Part shown: positions 34,060-46,653 of the stretch, in pieces
How the letters are laid out: every line of letters starts with the position of its first letter
How positions within the stretch are numbered: position 1 is the stretch's first letter
NCBI GenBank assembly: GCA_003614675.1
Contig: ML002251.1
Location: 1-57,710 of the forward strand
DNA: 57,710 bases
Direction of reading: 5' to 3'
DNA from: Dimargaris cristalligena
Taxonomy: Eukaryota
Position numbers and translations under genes: made by a program
The notes under the pieces: generated by a model
Seen by the model: only the letters and a program-made list of their open reading frames with translations
The model's database searches: none
What the model was told of the DNA's origin: nothing

Positions 34060-36312
34060 ATGGCCGCATTCGTATCGTTTGGCGGTCAGCGCTGCTCCTG
34101 GGGGTCCTTCGGGGACGACGACAGCGAGCACGGGTCAGTGGAAGCGTCCAGTCCCCCTAGCAACCTTCCCCGCCAGTCCCCGCTAACCTCAAGCCACTCG
34201 CGTCGGTCTACCCAGTCTAGGTCCGACCGCCACTACATGTCCCGGGCCTCAGCCTCCCCACAGCGTAGGCGAGTACAGCCGCCTTCCTTTATGCACTCGG
34301 CCGTTACCCAGTTCGAGGAAGATGGGCTAACCCTGGACTCCGTCATGTCCTCGCCGGGGTTGCCAAGTCAGCAGCAGTCAAAACAACAACAACAACAGCA
34401 GCACCCGTTTTATTCCATCGCCCCGGGTAATGTAAGCGCCCTCGACTGGAGTGCCCTGGGTGGCCCCAATGATAACATATCCTTCGGCGGTGCCGCTAGT
34501 GAATATTCGCTGCCACCGGAATTCGGCGACGGGGCCCGTTATCGCCACGATAGTCGTAGTTCCTGGGACACGCTCGACCGCGGCAGTATTCACTCGGATG
34601 CATCTTTTTTTGGAGCAGCTGCATCCAAAGGAAGCGGCGGGTTTATTGTCACCGACGAAGTGACAGGGTCACTATGGGGCAAAGGCCAACCCTCCAGCGT
34701 GAAAAATACCGCCACCGCCACCACTGGTGGTGTCTATACTCGCGCTCGCGCCCTCTCGTCCGGTCGCGTATCGTACGGTTCGGCCGAGCGAGATTCCCAA
34801 GTAGACTGGTCAGATAAACAACCCACCGCGCGGTCTTCGGCCGACCAAGTCACGCCGGGGCTTATGGAGTATCCCACCACTACCCAACTCCCCTTACCAA
34901 CATTGGGCCCTAGGTCCAAGAGCCAGTCGGGCCCTAGTAGGCAAAGTAAGCCGACCGCTCCCGATGGTTTGAACTTGGCGTCGTTCCTATCAGAAGTGGT
35001 GGGGCCCGACTCCGACGCTAGCCGGCGCCAACTGGTGGCCCTTGGCCAGCAATTGGATAAGCCCCAGGCCTATTTTCGGACGCGGTCCCATTTGCCCTGG
35101 GGCCAGCTCTTTCCTTTCGATATCCTTGATGACACCGCTGGCGGTAGTCTCCTTGACAGTGACGGCGATAGAGACCTTGTGGACCAGAATGAGCACTTTT
35201 CAGACGAGGCTAATCCGCCGGCCACCCATGTTATCACTCTTGAGGAAAGTCAACCGGAACTTATGCCCTCTGAGTCGCACAATTCCCGAGCGGATCATAA
35301 TCGACTGAGCAGTACTACAGGTACACGGGAGCGGCGCACCCAGGTGAGCGGCCTAGCCTCCCTCCGACCATCCGCCAACACCCTCCCCCCTCCGCCCCTA
35401 CCTACCACTCGGGCCTCAAAACCCGTGGCGTCCGCGGTGCCGTCGCGCCTGCGTCACTCGTCCACCCGTAGCCGACCCGACGGCTCCACGTCCCATCTCA
35501 TTCCGCTTCATACAACCCCAGGACAGTCCCTATCTGGCTTATTCCCCCCGCTTCGCTCGTCACGGAGTTTGCCCCGGTTACGCGAAGCGGCGGACCGACC
35601 GCCCTCCATACCGCACCGGTCGTCCCGCTCCGTAGAAAAGGATATCCCTACGGCACGTTCGTCAGGGTCAAAATCCACCACTACAAACCACCACCACCTG
35701 ACCTCTCGGCCATGCTCTTCAGCCACTCCCACGCTTAGCGGCTATTCGTCAGCGTCGTCTTCCACCGCGGCCGGTTCCGAATCCCGGGACCGTTCCAAGA
35801 ACCAAATCCACTCCAGCTCACCCTTCCCATGCGGTCTCATTCGCCTGCTACCACCCCAAATCACCCTGCATATGTCCAGCCCCCTGTGCATTGACCCCCA
35901 GTCACATGCCCGCTTCTTTCGCATCGACAGCACCGTCCTTAATCTATCCCGCTACCCGGTTCAGCTCCAACTTATCCCCTGTTTCAACGCCACGATTATT
36001 TCGGCGGCCTCGGGAACTTCCCTAAGCCCTGGTGGGTTGGCCGACCTTTCCTTTGTCATTGCTTTTGACGCGAGTTTGTTTGGCCCCACCGGTAAACCGA
36101 CGTCGAATACCCTGGCGTCCTCCCAAACCTCCCGCCGGTCGCGACGGGGACCTTCGTCAACGACGGCTAATGCTTCCCAAACCACTTTGGGCCACCGGTC
36201 GCTGGGTCACCACCAATCAGGAGGGACGTTGCGTCATCACGCTCCGGAATACGAGATTCAAATCGCTGTACAAGGCCGGGTCCAAACGAGTCTCTTTCTT
36301 CGGCTGATTTGA
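34060..36312 (+). CDS. Ser/Pro-rich disordered protein with a C-terminal beta-sandwich (ASH/MSP/PapD-like) domain
   Basis: 750-aa ORF. C-terminal LLPPQITL...TVLNLSRYPVQLQL...GTSLSPGGLADLSFVIAF...YEIQIAV has an Ig-like pattern. Confidence 0.6.
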   Translation: MAAFVSFGGQRCSWGSFGDDDSEHGSVEASSPPSNLPRQSPLTSSHSRRSTQSRSDRHYMSRASASPQRRRVQPPSFMHSAVTQFEEDGLTLDSVMSSPGLPSQQQSKQQQQQQHPFYSIAPGNVSALDWSALGGPNDNISFGGAASEYSLPPEFGDGARYRHDSRSSWDTLDRGSIHSDASFFGAAASKGSGGFIVTDEVTGSLWGKGQPSSVKNTATATTGGVYTRARALSSGRVSYGSAERDSQVDWSDKQPTARSSADQVTPGLMEYPTTTQLPLPTLGPRSKSQSGPSRQSKPTAPDGLNLASFLSEVVGPDSDASRRQLVALGQQLDKPQAYFRTRSHLPWGQLFPFDILDDTAGGSLLDSDGDRDLVDQNEHFSDEANPPATHVITLEESQPELMPSESHNSRADHNRLSSTTGTRERRTQVSGLASLRPSANTLPPPPLPTTRASKPVASAVPSRLRHSSTRSRPDGSTSHLIPLHTTPGQSLSGLFPPLRSSRSLPRLREAADRPPSIPHRSSRSVEKDIPTARSSGSKSTTTNHHHLTSRPCSSATPTLSGYSSASSSTAAGSESRDRSKNQIHSSSPFPCGLIRLLPPQITLHMSSPLCIDPQSHARFFRIDSTVLNLSRYPVQLQLIPCFNATIISAASGTSLSPGGLADLSFVIAFDASLFGPTGKPTSNTLASSQTSRRSRRGPSSTTANASQTTLGHRSLGHHQSGGTLRHHAPEYEIQIAVQGRVQTSLFLRLI

Positions 36313-38664
36313 ATGAGTTCTATGGGCACCGGGGTGTTGCAATGGATTGAATTGAAGGAGATGCGGCATAGATAATAAATGTGCCCTCCCGTCCCCATTA
36401 TTTCTTCATAATTACATTATCCACCTCTCTCCCCCCTCCACATGCACACATACATACGCACACGCAATTGCCATCTCCCCTTTGCCAGACTCTTGTGCGG
36501 TTGTTAATTTTTGTATTTTTATATTATTACCGTTTCAACGATTACCCGTGTTACAGACCACCACTGGTTTACCTTCTCTTTTTTTATTACTGCCCCCCCC
36601 ACTCCTATCATATTGTAAACATCATGAGATATCAATGAAACGATTATTGCATATAAATATCTAATCAATAGTATCATGGCATTTCCTTTTATTTGACCCA
36701 GAGGATTAAGCCAGAGGCGATGGATTTCGAATTTATGAGATAACAGGTGGGTTGGTCTAATGCGAGAGCCGTGGGCATATTGTTTGAAGCCGCAGCTATC
36801 GAGTTCGATTGTCGTGTAATGTGCGGTTATCTGGGGCCCATTTTATTATACATAGTCGAATCCCTAGTTTTATGGCTATAACAAAAAAAATACCATCGTT
36901 TATTATCTAGTGGACATTGTCTCAGAACCCCCGTTAGTACCCCATCCAATACTCACTGGATACGGAAAACGTTTATTCTAGTTGGATATTGCTAATCAAT
37001 TTTTCCTATATTGGGCGCTTCCAGTAAACAGCCAGATACTCGCCTTTTTTATTACCATTTACATATATACATTACGCAAAGATGGCTGTTTTAGATGTCA
37101 AGCGGGGGCTCCTGTCCAGACTCACGAGAATAATGAGAGGGGGGGTGGTAAGTGGGATTATTACATGGTAGTTGATCAGGATTATCTTACCATTTTCTTG
37201 GAATTCGACCCTCAGGACCAGTAGTTAGTTAGATACTTTTGTGGTCCTAGAGGTGGATGGGATAGTTCATAGATGCCGGAGTAGGAAGGCCCATTTATTA
37301 ATCGTCACCAGAAACTTCTACCTGATTTTTCACGGTGGATGTGGGGGGCCGTTGAGGTTATAAATAACAGGGACCGATGAGGGTGAGGTATTGCAGGGGC
37401 AGAAACGACCATATTTACCGGGCGCCTGTGTGTGATGTTCGTTCATCCAGTCTTCATTGCTGTGGTGCAATTACCGTTCTCCGTGACCGACCTACCCACC
37501 TGCTTACGGGGCCCCCTAACCCGCGGAAGAGGAAGAAGGGTGACGATAATGATGGGTGGGGTGGGTTTCGGACCTAGGTTGGGCCAACTCGCCCATCAAC
37601 TTACTGGGGGTGTACGATGTTTCTTATTAGGCTCTTAAATCCCCTGCCTGGACTTTTCCCGGCTTGTTTAATGAATGGTTGCAATGGGTGGTCTCGTTGA
37701 TTAATTTAGGGGTATGCTGCTATAATATTGTTTTACTCCCGCGGTCTATTTGTTATTATTGGCGAGCGCACTAGTAGCACCTAATTCGGCTGGATGGGTG
37801 GTGGGTGATATCTATATATTGCGCAGTTTGTATGGGCATATGCCATCTGGGGGGAGTGCTGTTGGGCCCTTTCTCTCTCTCTCTTTCTACTCAAAGGAAA
37901 CGCACAGCGTGGCTTGCACCAGTAGGGGAATATAGAGTGTCTGCTGTGTGTGGAGATGGGGGAAGTGTGGGAAATGGCGAATGGATGTGTTGTGTGTGTG
38001 TGATTTTTCTGGTAGCAAGAAGAGGAGTAATAATGAATGAATATATTATTATATATATTATATGGTGGTGGTGAAGCCATTCTAAGCAGTGTTCTGGGAG
38101 CATTGTGAAAGCGACCAATCCTTTTGCCCGCTATTTTACACGCGACCCTGGGGGGTGTTTCACTTTGCCTACCTGACATGATGTATCAATGGCCCAGTTG
38201 CAATGATAATTTACGGGCTGATTGATTTGTTACGGCATCCATAATATAATATAATATAATATAGTATATATAAAGATATCTCGTCTCAAACGAAGTCGCT
38301 AAATTCCGGTTGCTGGTCTTGCACTCCTCTAAGTCGTCTTGTTTTATCGAATCACACGGCCTGTGCATTGATTCTGTCATTTTCCACCACTACCTTCGCA
38401 CGAACTATATGCGGTGGGGTCTCATATAACGTACATGCGGTGCGCAGGCCTATTTTCCCTTTACGCTGTTGGCAGTGCATATACCCATCCCCTCCCCATC
38501 CGCCCACACTATCCCCCCTTCTCTCTCTCCTCTCTCTCTTACACACACACACATCCCCTCACCTTTTCCCCGCGGGACCCATCTCTCTCGTCTTCCTTTA
38601 AACCACCCCTATCCTTATAGCTTTAGCCTTATTCGCTTCTCCACCTCTCTTACTTATTGGCTAC

Positions 38665-38667
<3 letters not shown>

Positions 38668-38695
<28 letters not shown>
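38668..38695. repeat. (CT)n microsatellite upstream of endosulfine
   Basis: Read directly from the sequence. Confidence 0.9.
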
Positions 38696-38700
<5 letters not shown>

Positions 38701-39541
38701 TACTTACCTTCTTTGGACCCTATTCAAGTCTTCCTCCATTTCTCCACTTATATTATTATCTTGCTGGTTAACTCAGGCCCCTTAAGACAGCGTCCCGTTT
38801 ATTACATCTTCGGCCAGTGTCACCTCGCCACCGCTCCTCGTAACTTGACTTTCGGAGCTGTCGTTCGTACCGTAAGTGTATATATATGCATATGGAGTCT
38901 TCATCTCGGCTGAACTTGACCCGTGCCTAGAACCCATAAGACTGGAATGTCTATTGCAGAATTGTGCCCTTTTGTTCTCTAGCTCCCTATATGCTATTAG
39001 GATACTCCGAGAGAAAGAGAGAAATAGAGGGTGAGCGGGAGAGAGCAGGCATGACCGGAAAGATATTGCGGGAGAGAGCCCCTTGGGGGAATCCCCCCGA
39101 TCGATGACCATCTGTTCATCGTCAACCCCACCCCAAGGCTTTTTCTCTCTACTACTACCACGTCACTTGTGCGGGCAAGCGCTCCGCCTCCACATTGTGA
39201 CACCCGTAACCTGTTTTGGTTCCACTACCTCTAATTATACCTCCCTAGAACCCTGTAGTCCATTCAAGCTCCTCCTTCTTCCTTTTCTCTTATTTCCTTC
39301 TATTCGTATTTTTTTCTCCTCTCCTTGCGTCGGTTCAGTCATCCTCCCAGCCGCACCGCATTTCTTTATTACAGGTCGGACCTAACCCACCTCTACCCTA
39401 ATTGTCTGCCTCATCTCTTTCTACTGGTCTACTGGGAACTGCCATTCGGCCCAACCTCGTTGGACCTTTCAGTCCTTTACCACACCCCCTCTACAGGTCA
39501 GAGCACCCCCACTCTCGCATACTCACTAGCCATCGGTCACC

Positions 39542-40437
39542 ATGATTCCCGCCAAACAGCAGAAAATCGATATCAGCGTAAGTTATATTGACCATTCAGG
39601 CTGCCTGTCATCGCCATACTACTTCGTCCTGTGCTCCAGAAAACGTCATCGCGGGTTTCCTATATCCCAATAAACGGGTATTGGTGTACCCGTAGGCCAG
39701 TATCCACAGGCTGCTTTTATGGTGTTTAGTACCCACCCCGACTCTCAACAATTCATTCGCCAAATTACCTGACCACGTATTCTTTACTCCACTAGAAAAT
39801 GAACGAAGAGGAGAAGAAGCTCTTCCGTCTCTACGGAAAAGTGCCCAGTCGCAAGGATCTGCTGACTCACAAGCCCAAGGTGAGTGTTACGAATACGCCT
39901 CTAAAATAATGGATTGCTAACTCAACCTTCCGGATATTCCGCCCTCTCACCCCTGGCTTCTTTGCACTACTTTCCGATTCACTTCGGAGTATTTATGGCC
40001 ATGTTCACTCATGTATACCTTTTCCTATGATCTTCTCCTTGGCCATCTATCTACCATTACACTCCTGCGCGTTGCCTATACCGTTAATACCGGTGATTTA
40101 GGAGCGCAAATACTTTGACAGTGGTGACTATGCCCTCTCCAAGGCGGGCAAGAATAATCAGCCCGTAGGCGAGCAGCACCCTTCACCTGACAACATCCCC
40201 CACCAGAATCCCGCCCTGATGCCTGTCCCCTCCCCTGCTGAAAAATTGGCCTGCTCGCCAGTCAAGGAAACCATGCAGTCGCGCGAGGCCCTGTCGGGTG
40301 ATTTGCCCAGTCCCAACAAGATTAGCCCATCTGCCGCCCCCTTTGAGAAGACCGAGCCCGGTACTGAATTTAAGGCCCCCGTTACCGCACCCCAGCCAGT
40401 GGCCATCAATACCGGGAATGACGGCACTCAGTCGTAG
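39542..40437 (+). CDS. IGO1: Endosulfine/ARPP-19 (Igo1/Igo2-like PP2A inhibitor), exons 39542-39577, 39796-39879, 40102-40437
   Basis: Spliced MIPAKQQKIDISKMNEEEKKLFRLYGKVPSRKDLLTHKPKERKYFDSGDYALSKAG contains the invariant FDSGDY Greatwall/Rim15 site. Confidence 0.93.
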
Positions 40438-41663
40438 ATGGCCGGAAAAACACCAACTTGCCCCTTACCACACCGCCCTTCACTTTCAGTCCTCTCCTTT
40501 GTTCCATGTCTCCACCTCTTCCCCAGCACGATCCCGCCGGTGTACTTCAGTTTGTGTGTGTTAACCTAACATCGCTTCGAGGCCGAAAGCCTTATACTGA
40601 CTCCCTGCCTCGCCTGTATCGTGTCCCTACCGCTACTACTTAGTAGTCCGCTTTGCTGATCTTAACTAGTAATGGAAATGGAAGCAGGTGGAAATAGCTT
40701 AGGTTTAGGAACATAATCAAATCACTATTCTTTCCTTCGAATTTGGTTTCAATATTTTTTCGCTTATTTCATTGGTTTCCCTTCTCTTCCTCCCCGTCGC
40801 CAGCTATCTAGAATTTCACCCTTTCTCCAAGGGTATTCCCGTTTTCTTCTTTCTTATCACTCACTCTCTCTCCCCTCGCCGACTACACACACACACTTAC
40901 TTTTATTGTCATGTCCTGTCTTTTTCCACCCTTTCTCTGTCTGTTTGCTTACTATCCTTTTCGTATTCCCTCGATTTGTCTTTCCCCAGACTCTCTTTCT
41001 GCCCACAGCCCCCTTCACCGATACTCCCTGACTATACGGAGATTTACTCTTTCACGTGCTAATGGTCAGCGCTTCGATTACACTCCCGTAACTGACTTCT
41101 TGCGTGACCGTTTGGAAGAGAGTCTATATCTGTTGAGGGTTATCTGATTTCGGGTTATCTAATTTTCTCTTTCTTTGTACTAGTATATCCCTTGCTAGAT
41201 CCTCCGGCTCTGAATCCCCTCTAACTTTACCCAACTCCCTTCTCCGTCTGCCTTGGCTTTTGCTAGGCCTTTCATGTCCCTTTTCCCCCCTTAACGTTGG
41301 TATTTATTTTTCATGTCTGCGTGTGTGTGCCTTAGTATATTTTCCGCGCTTTTTTTAGTCATTGGTTTATATTTTCTCCACCTATTTGGCTTCCTCAACT
41401 ATAACTACAATACCTTCAATAAAACCTCCTCATTGGGATTCCTTGGTGCTTCGCATCCCCACGGTCCTTTTCTTGGTGCCTCTTGCCAGACCTCCCTCCA
41501 CTTTCTCTGACCAGCTTTTGAACACATTCCCCCATTCTTCTGCATGACATTGCTTCTTTAGCCCCTCGCCTAATTAACCCCGTCCCGTTAAACACCCCCC
41601 CTTTTCTCGGCAACTACGTGGGCTCATTCTACACTGTAAAGAAGTTGGGAAGTATTTTGTCGG

Positions 41664-44142
41664 ATGAGTCGCCCATTTCCCTTGCTGGTCCCAATTAAGG
41701 CTGACCTTACCGAATATAGGGGTTTTATCACCTTAGGGGTAAGCATTTCTTTTTTTATACTGGCTTTATATAGCGGGTAAACTAAGGGCCTTGGGTCCAG
41801 GGAGGGTCGTCATTCCCGTTGGAGGCTCGAAGTAGCAATCGTTTTACCGTGGCTTCTCCCCTAGTGGGTTTAGTACAGTCCGTCCACCCGGCGGGGTACC
41901 TCCTGTTTTCCCAACCCCATGTCTTTTCCCCAGCCTTACCAGGCAACCTGGCTCTAGTTGTGTTAACGGTGCTATAACTAGCATCCATAGCGAGTATTTT
42001 ACCCCACGATTCACACCGTCTCGCTCTAGCCCTTCGAGGTGTATAGCACTGGAGCCAGCCCACATCTCTCTACTACACTTCTGCATTGGCCTGATCGTAA
42101 AATCCCAAGGCACTACTAAATGGTTCTCTCAGGAATTACTGCTGCGTTACTTGTGTATATCTTAATACCAACCTCACTAATTAGAATGAACGGTACTTGG
42201 CCCACGTGGTCGTTCCGGGGGGTCGCCTGGCGGATCTTATCATTCGTTCCGACAGGAAATTGGGGACCTTGCTTGCTGACCATAAAGCCCTGATTAAACA
42301 GCGCTTAACTCAATGTAAAAACCTGGAAGCCTTTTGGATCGACTTACGTGATATTCTGGTAGGTTTCCCCCCAAAAAATCAAAAGTGAAATGGGGGGAAT
42401 AGTGGCAATGCATAGGCTTAAAATGGTGTTTATTGATACACTTTTGGGGCCATCTATATACCCAGGAGCTCACTTCCATTATCCCTGAGGGTTACGTCCT
42501 AAATAAGGTGTTCAGTAAACTAATGTGATTTACACTTACTTTATTCATGCATACCCTTATTAGGAGAAGGCTAAGCCGGCTGGGGCAGTCGCAGATTCGG
42601 GTAGTAAAGCTATTGATCCTGCTCGGCTAGAGACCATTATGGCCAATATGGACCACATTGGATGGGATTCGCTAGTGGAAATTGACCAAGAATTCACTCG
42701 CTTGACTTTACAATTTAGGTAAGTGTGCCTTTTATCAATACAAGCTCCTTAAGGATATATTTGTAGGTGTTGAAAATATCTTACAAATTAGCTACTGTAG
42801 ATGGTAACATACTTTTGGTTGGGATCTCTTGCTATTTATATAAATATATATGCATTTGATGAAATAATCGGGAAATCTCGGTTGATAAAGAGATACACGG
42901 GAACGGAGTCATTTGGTTCACATTACTATCTCGTCCGATTTTCCAGCACAGCCTCCATCGTTCCAAACCGAATTACCCGAGTCCTTCCTTATTAGCGAGA
43001 GTCAGCCGGATCAGTGGTTCGCTAACATACTTCGTGGTGTTCAGGAGGTAGGTCAAGATATGTACTCAGAATCTGTTTTGCCGGCCCCTCAGTATAAACA
43101 AATACGATGGGTCAATCGACAATACTTAAAAAAGGCTGGGCTCACTTGAGCCTCAGTACTTTCGACACCATTTCCCAGGTTGTTAACGCATCATGCCTCA
43201 CATTCGAACCGAGGCCGTATATCCCATTTCCGGCAATTCCTTTTCTTTATGCGCGATTTGACATGGCTGACTAGATCACGGTCCGTTACCAGGATGCGTG
43301 GGATGTGCTGGATGATATTGATCGCGATTTATGGGTCTTAGAACCCCGAGATCAACTTTATGGCACCATGACCCGCCGAATTGCCTTGGAGCAACTCTGT
43401 TCCTTGGAACTTACAATTGATCCCCAGGCCCCACTCGACCGCCCCCGCCTGCGTCTCTACGGGACGGATGTATACCTCCAGCCCCTGCGCCAGCGACTGC
43501 GCAACCCCGCCCCCACCACTATGACCGGTACCCCGGTCGGAACAGGAAGAAACGAATGGGGAGATGGGAGTAAATCGGACAAGGCGGAGTTCAGTCTACG
43601 CCGTAATCTCGAATGTCTATTGGGGATTAAGCTACCCTCCAAACGGAGTGGCAACGCAACCGAGGCCGGGGACCTTGGCGAAACCGAGGAGTTCAGTACC
43701 GAGTGTGGAATTTGCTACAGCTACGAAGTAAAAGGAGTGGTCCCGGATCAGTTGTGCCAAAACCCCAAATGCCACCGGCCATTTCATCACCAATGCTTGG
43801 TGGATTGGCTGCGGGCGGACCCGTCGTCACGCCAGAGTTTCAGTATTATATTCGGAGACTGTCCATACTGTAGTGAAGTAAGTATAGTCACTAGGGCTTT
43901 TCTGACACTATGCTGTGCATATTAGGATAGATGGTCGAATCTGGGGCTATTTAATGTATCTAATACCACCACCACTGGCACGCTTTCTATGTCTGTCTTT
44001 CCCAATTTACCCTACTCTGACCGTACATCAGTTGATGGATGAGCCTCTCAGTGTATTTTAACCCTGGCTTTACAATGATGTTTTTCCGTTGGGACTATTA
44101 CACTTTAACTAGGAAATGTCGGTTTCCATGATGCTGACCTAA
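41664..44142 (+). CDS. FANCL: FANCL E3 ubiquitin ligase, exons 41664-41738, 42185-42358, 42564-42718, 42891-43047, 43275-43877, 44113-44142
   Basis: N-terminal FPLLVP...YRGFI; ELF/URD segments IKQRLTQC, IGWDSLVEID and WDVLDDIDRDLWVLEP; RING CGICYSY...PDQLCQNPKCHRPFHHQCLVDWLR...SRQSFSIIFGDCPYC. Confidence 0.93.
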
Positions 44143-46653
44143 TGGCCAAGATAAAGAAAGTCCATGGTATTTTACCGGCGTCCAGCGTTTTAATTACTAC
44201 TTTCGCTTCGAGGAACTCCCATCCGGGGGTGGGATTCACATGTATCACAATACCATTCTTTCAATTAGGGGTTTTCTTTTGTGGATTGATTGGACCCGGT
44301 TATGAAGGGGTTAATGACATGCGAGAGTACCTTAGCAGACGGATAAGCAGGACAGTTGTCAAACCGCATTATTTTATATATATATATATTTTTGCATTTG
44401 AAACCTTATTTTTAATTACCAGCGGCGCCAGGGCCATCATTACATTACATGCGTTGCTGACCAACATTAGCCCATCATTTAGAGGAATGGGGCCATCCGT
44501 ATAGACACCCCCAACGTTATAAACCACGGGTGATCTATGCCTAATCTGGGCCCAGATTCCATCACGAGGTCAAATAGCTGGGGCCCAATCTCCATAATCC
44601 TAGATTCCCGCATAATAATAATCCAATGGCGCATCCGGCATCTTCCCCCAACGGGTTGGGTCTCAGGGTCAGAGGAGATTGAGTACTGTGTTGGGTTGGG
44701 TTGGGTTGGGTAGATGAAAATGGTGGTGTGTGGGTGTGTGAAAACGACCAGGGGTGGAACCATGCAGAGAATACATGGCAGTGTGGGTTCGAATGAATGA
44801 AACGTATTTATAATTAGGTAGCGGCTACTATTGAAATGCCCAAATTATACGGAACACCATTGACGTGACGATGAGATTGTAATTCTGCTGGCCGGGTTTA
44901 GGGTTACAGCAACGGGGGAATAGCCAAACCTCATCTAATAGCCGGGTGATACATGCGCCCTGACTTTGCCATGGGGAGGTGAGGTAAGCAATGGTGATGG
45001 CGAAGCCCGATACATTGCCAATGCCAAGTTTAAAACCTTGGGAATAGGCCTCGAAGTGAATAAGGACGGGCGGTATTCAGTGGCAGCGGTATAGTTGAGG
45101 GCAGGAGGTTGCCCAGCCATATACACACCATAGACCTGGGCAACTATGCTGTTTTCCTCAAGATCATGGCATTATAAATGGGGGTCTAGGCAAGGTCTAT
45201 TTTTATTTTATTTTATTTTCATTTTCCAGGACTAAAAATTATTTATCGCCCTGCATCAGTCTGTCACTGCCATTTTGGAATTGTCGACATTTATCAATAC
45301 TGGTGTATCAGTCGGTGGGCCTCACATAATCGGATAGCCTGTCCTTTGGCAGAGAGATAGTTGCAGTATTAAACACGCGTATAATACTTTATGTCTATAT
45401 TTATATATCTATGACCTATATGTATATAGATGGATTTGAGGAAAGACTAGGTGATGGTTCGGTTTGATAAAGCCCCGCCTCTTCCACACCCCGGCTCACC
45501 TGGATTACTACTAGGCGGGATCTATTCCAGTTCAAGTATAGAAATATCCCACATTCGACTCTCCGCTAGGCCCTCTATGCATACACCCTGTATCCTCTCT
45601 ATATGCTGGCGGGGGTCTCTCCTTCTCTTCCATGGTTCCCTTGGATTACCCAATAATTGAATAGAGCGCCCCTCCCTACCCTTGCCCTTTAGCTTTTTGA
45701 ACCTCCGCCAGCCACGTCAGTCGTCCTCTTTCCTCTTTACTTTACTTTTCCTTACTTTACATTTTCATTCCCTGTTCTCTCCCCTATTTTTGGTCATTGT
45801 GGTACAAGCCCATCTTCAGTAAAATACCTATTACTAAAGTGTCTATAATCTCTCGTTCTTCACTTCCATTCATCCAGTCCATTCTATCTATTTCCAAAGG
45901 TGAGTAGAGTTCCCTCGACCAGTCACCGAAGCAGGGTATAACATGGCAAGGCCTCCCCCACCCCATCCTGCCAGTATTTGCGCAGGGCCTGTATGCGGCT
46001 GGCAGCGTCGTGTATGCTTTCAGGCCCTTACACATACGCTACATAAAAGCTCTATAGGGTAGGGAGGGGTGCGAATGAAGAAGCCTCGACGAGAGGGGGT
46101 CGCTTTGTGCAACCGGCTCTTGGGGTCATATCGGTGCCTGGGGTAGGGGGGGAGAGGAGGGTCCTGCGGAAAGGGGTTTCGTTGGGCATATGAAACCGAT
46201 ACGAGCTTCTCCTCCCCTTCTGTTCCACTACTGTGGCCATCCTGACGTGTGGTAAAATACTGCCGAAGAAGGTGGGGCGGTGGTTGGTAATAGGTCCCAC
46301 ACCAGGCCCGGGAAACCCCTCCCCCCCCTCTTCCCCAACTTGGGTAGGAAATATTCAGCCCCCTCCCCTTCGCCATCGGCAGCTGACTTAGCCTTGACTA
46401 AGCTTGGTCGGTGCATTGGCTTTGGACACTTTGGTGCCTTCTTTTTCCTATTGTATTGTTTCATCTATTTTCGCATATTCGTTTTTCTCCATTCCCCCAA
46501 CTCGGTTTGCTTCCCAACTGAACTCGTCTAACCCGAACCCCCACTTTACTATTCTTGGACTCCACCGCATTCCCCGCCCATCTTACTCGCCTTGGCCCCT
46601 CCCACTTTCACCACCACCTCCTCTCCTCTCCCCCAGTCTAGCATTCCGACACC

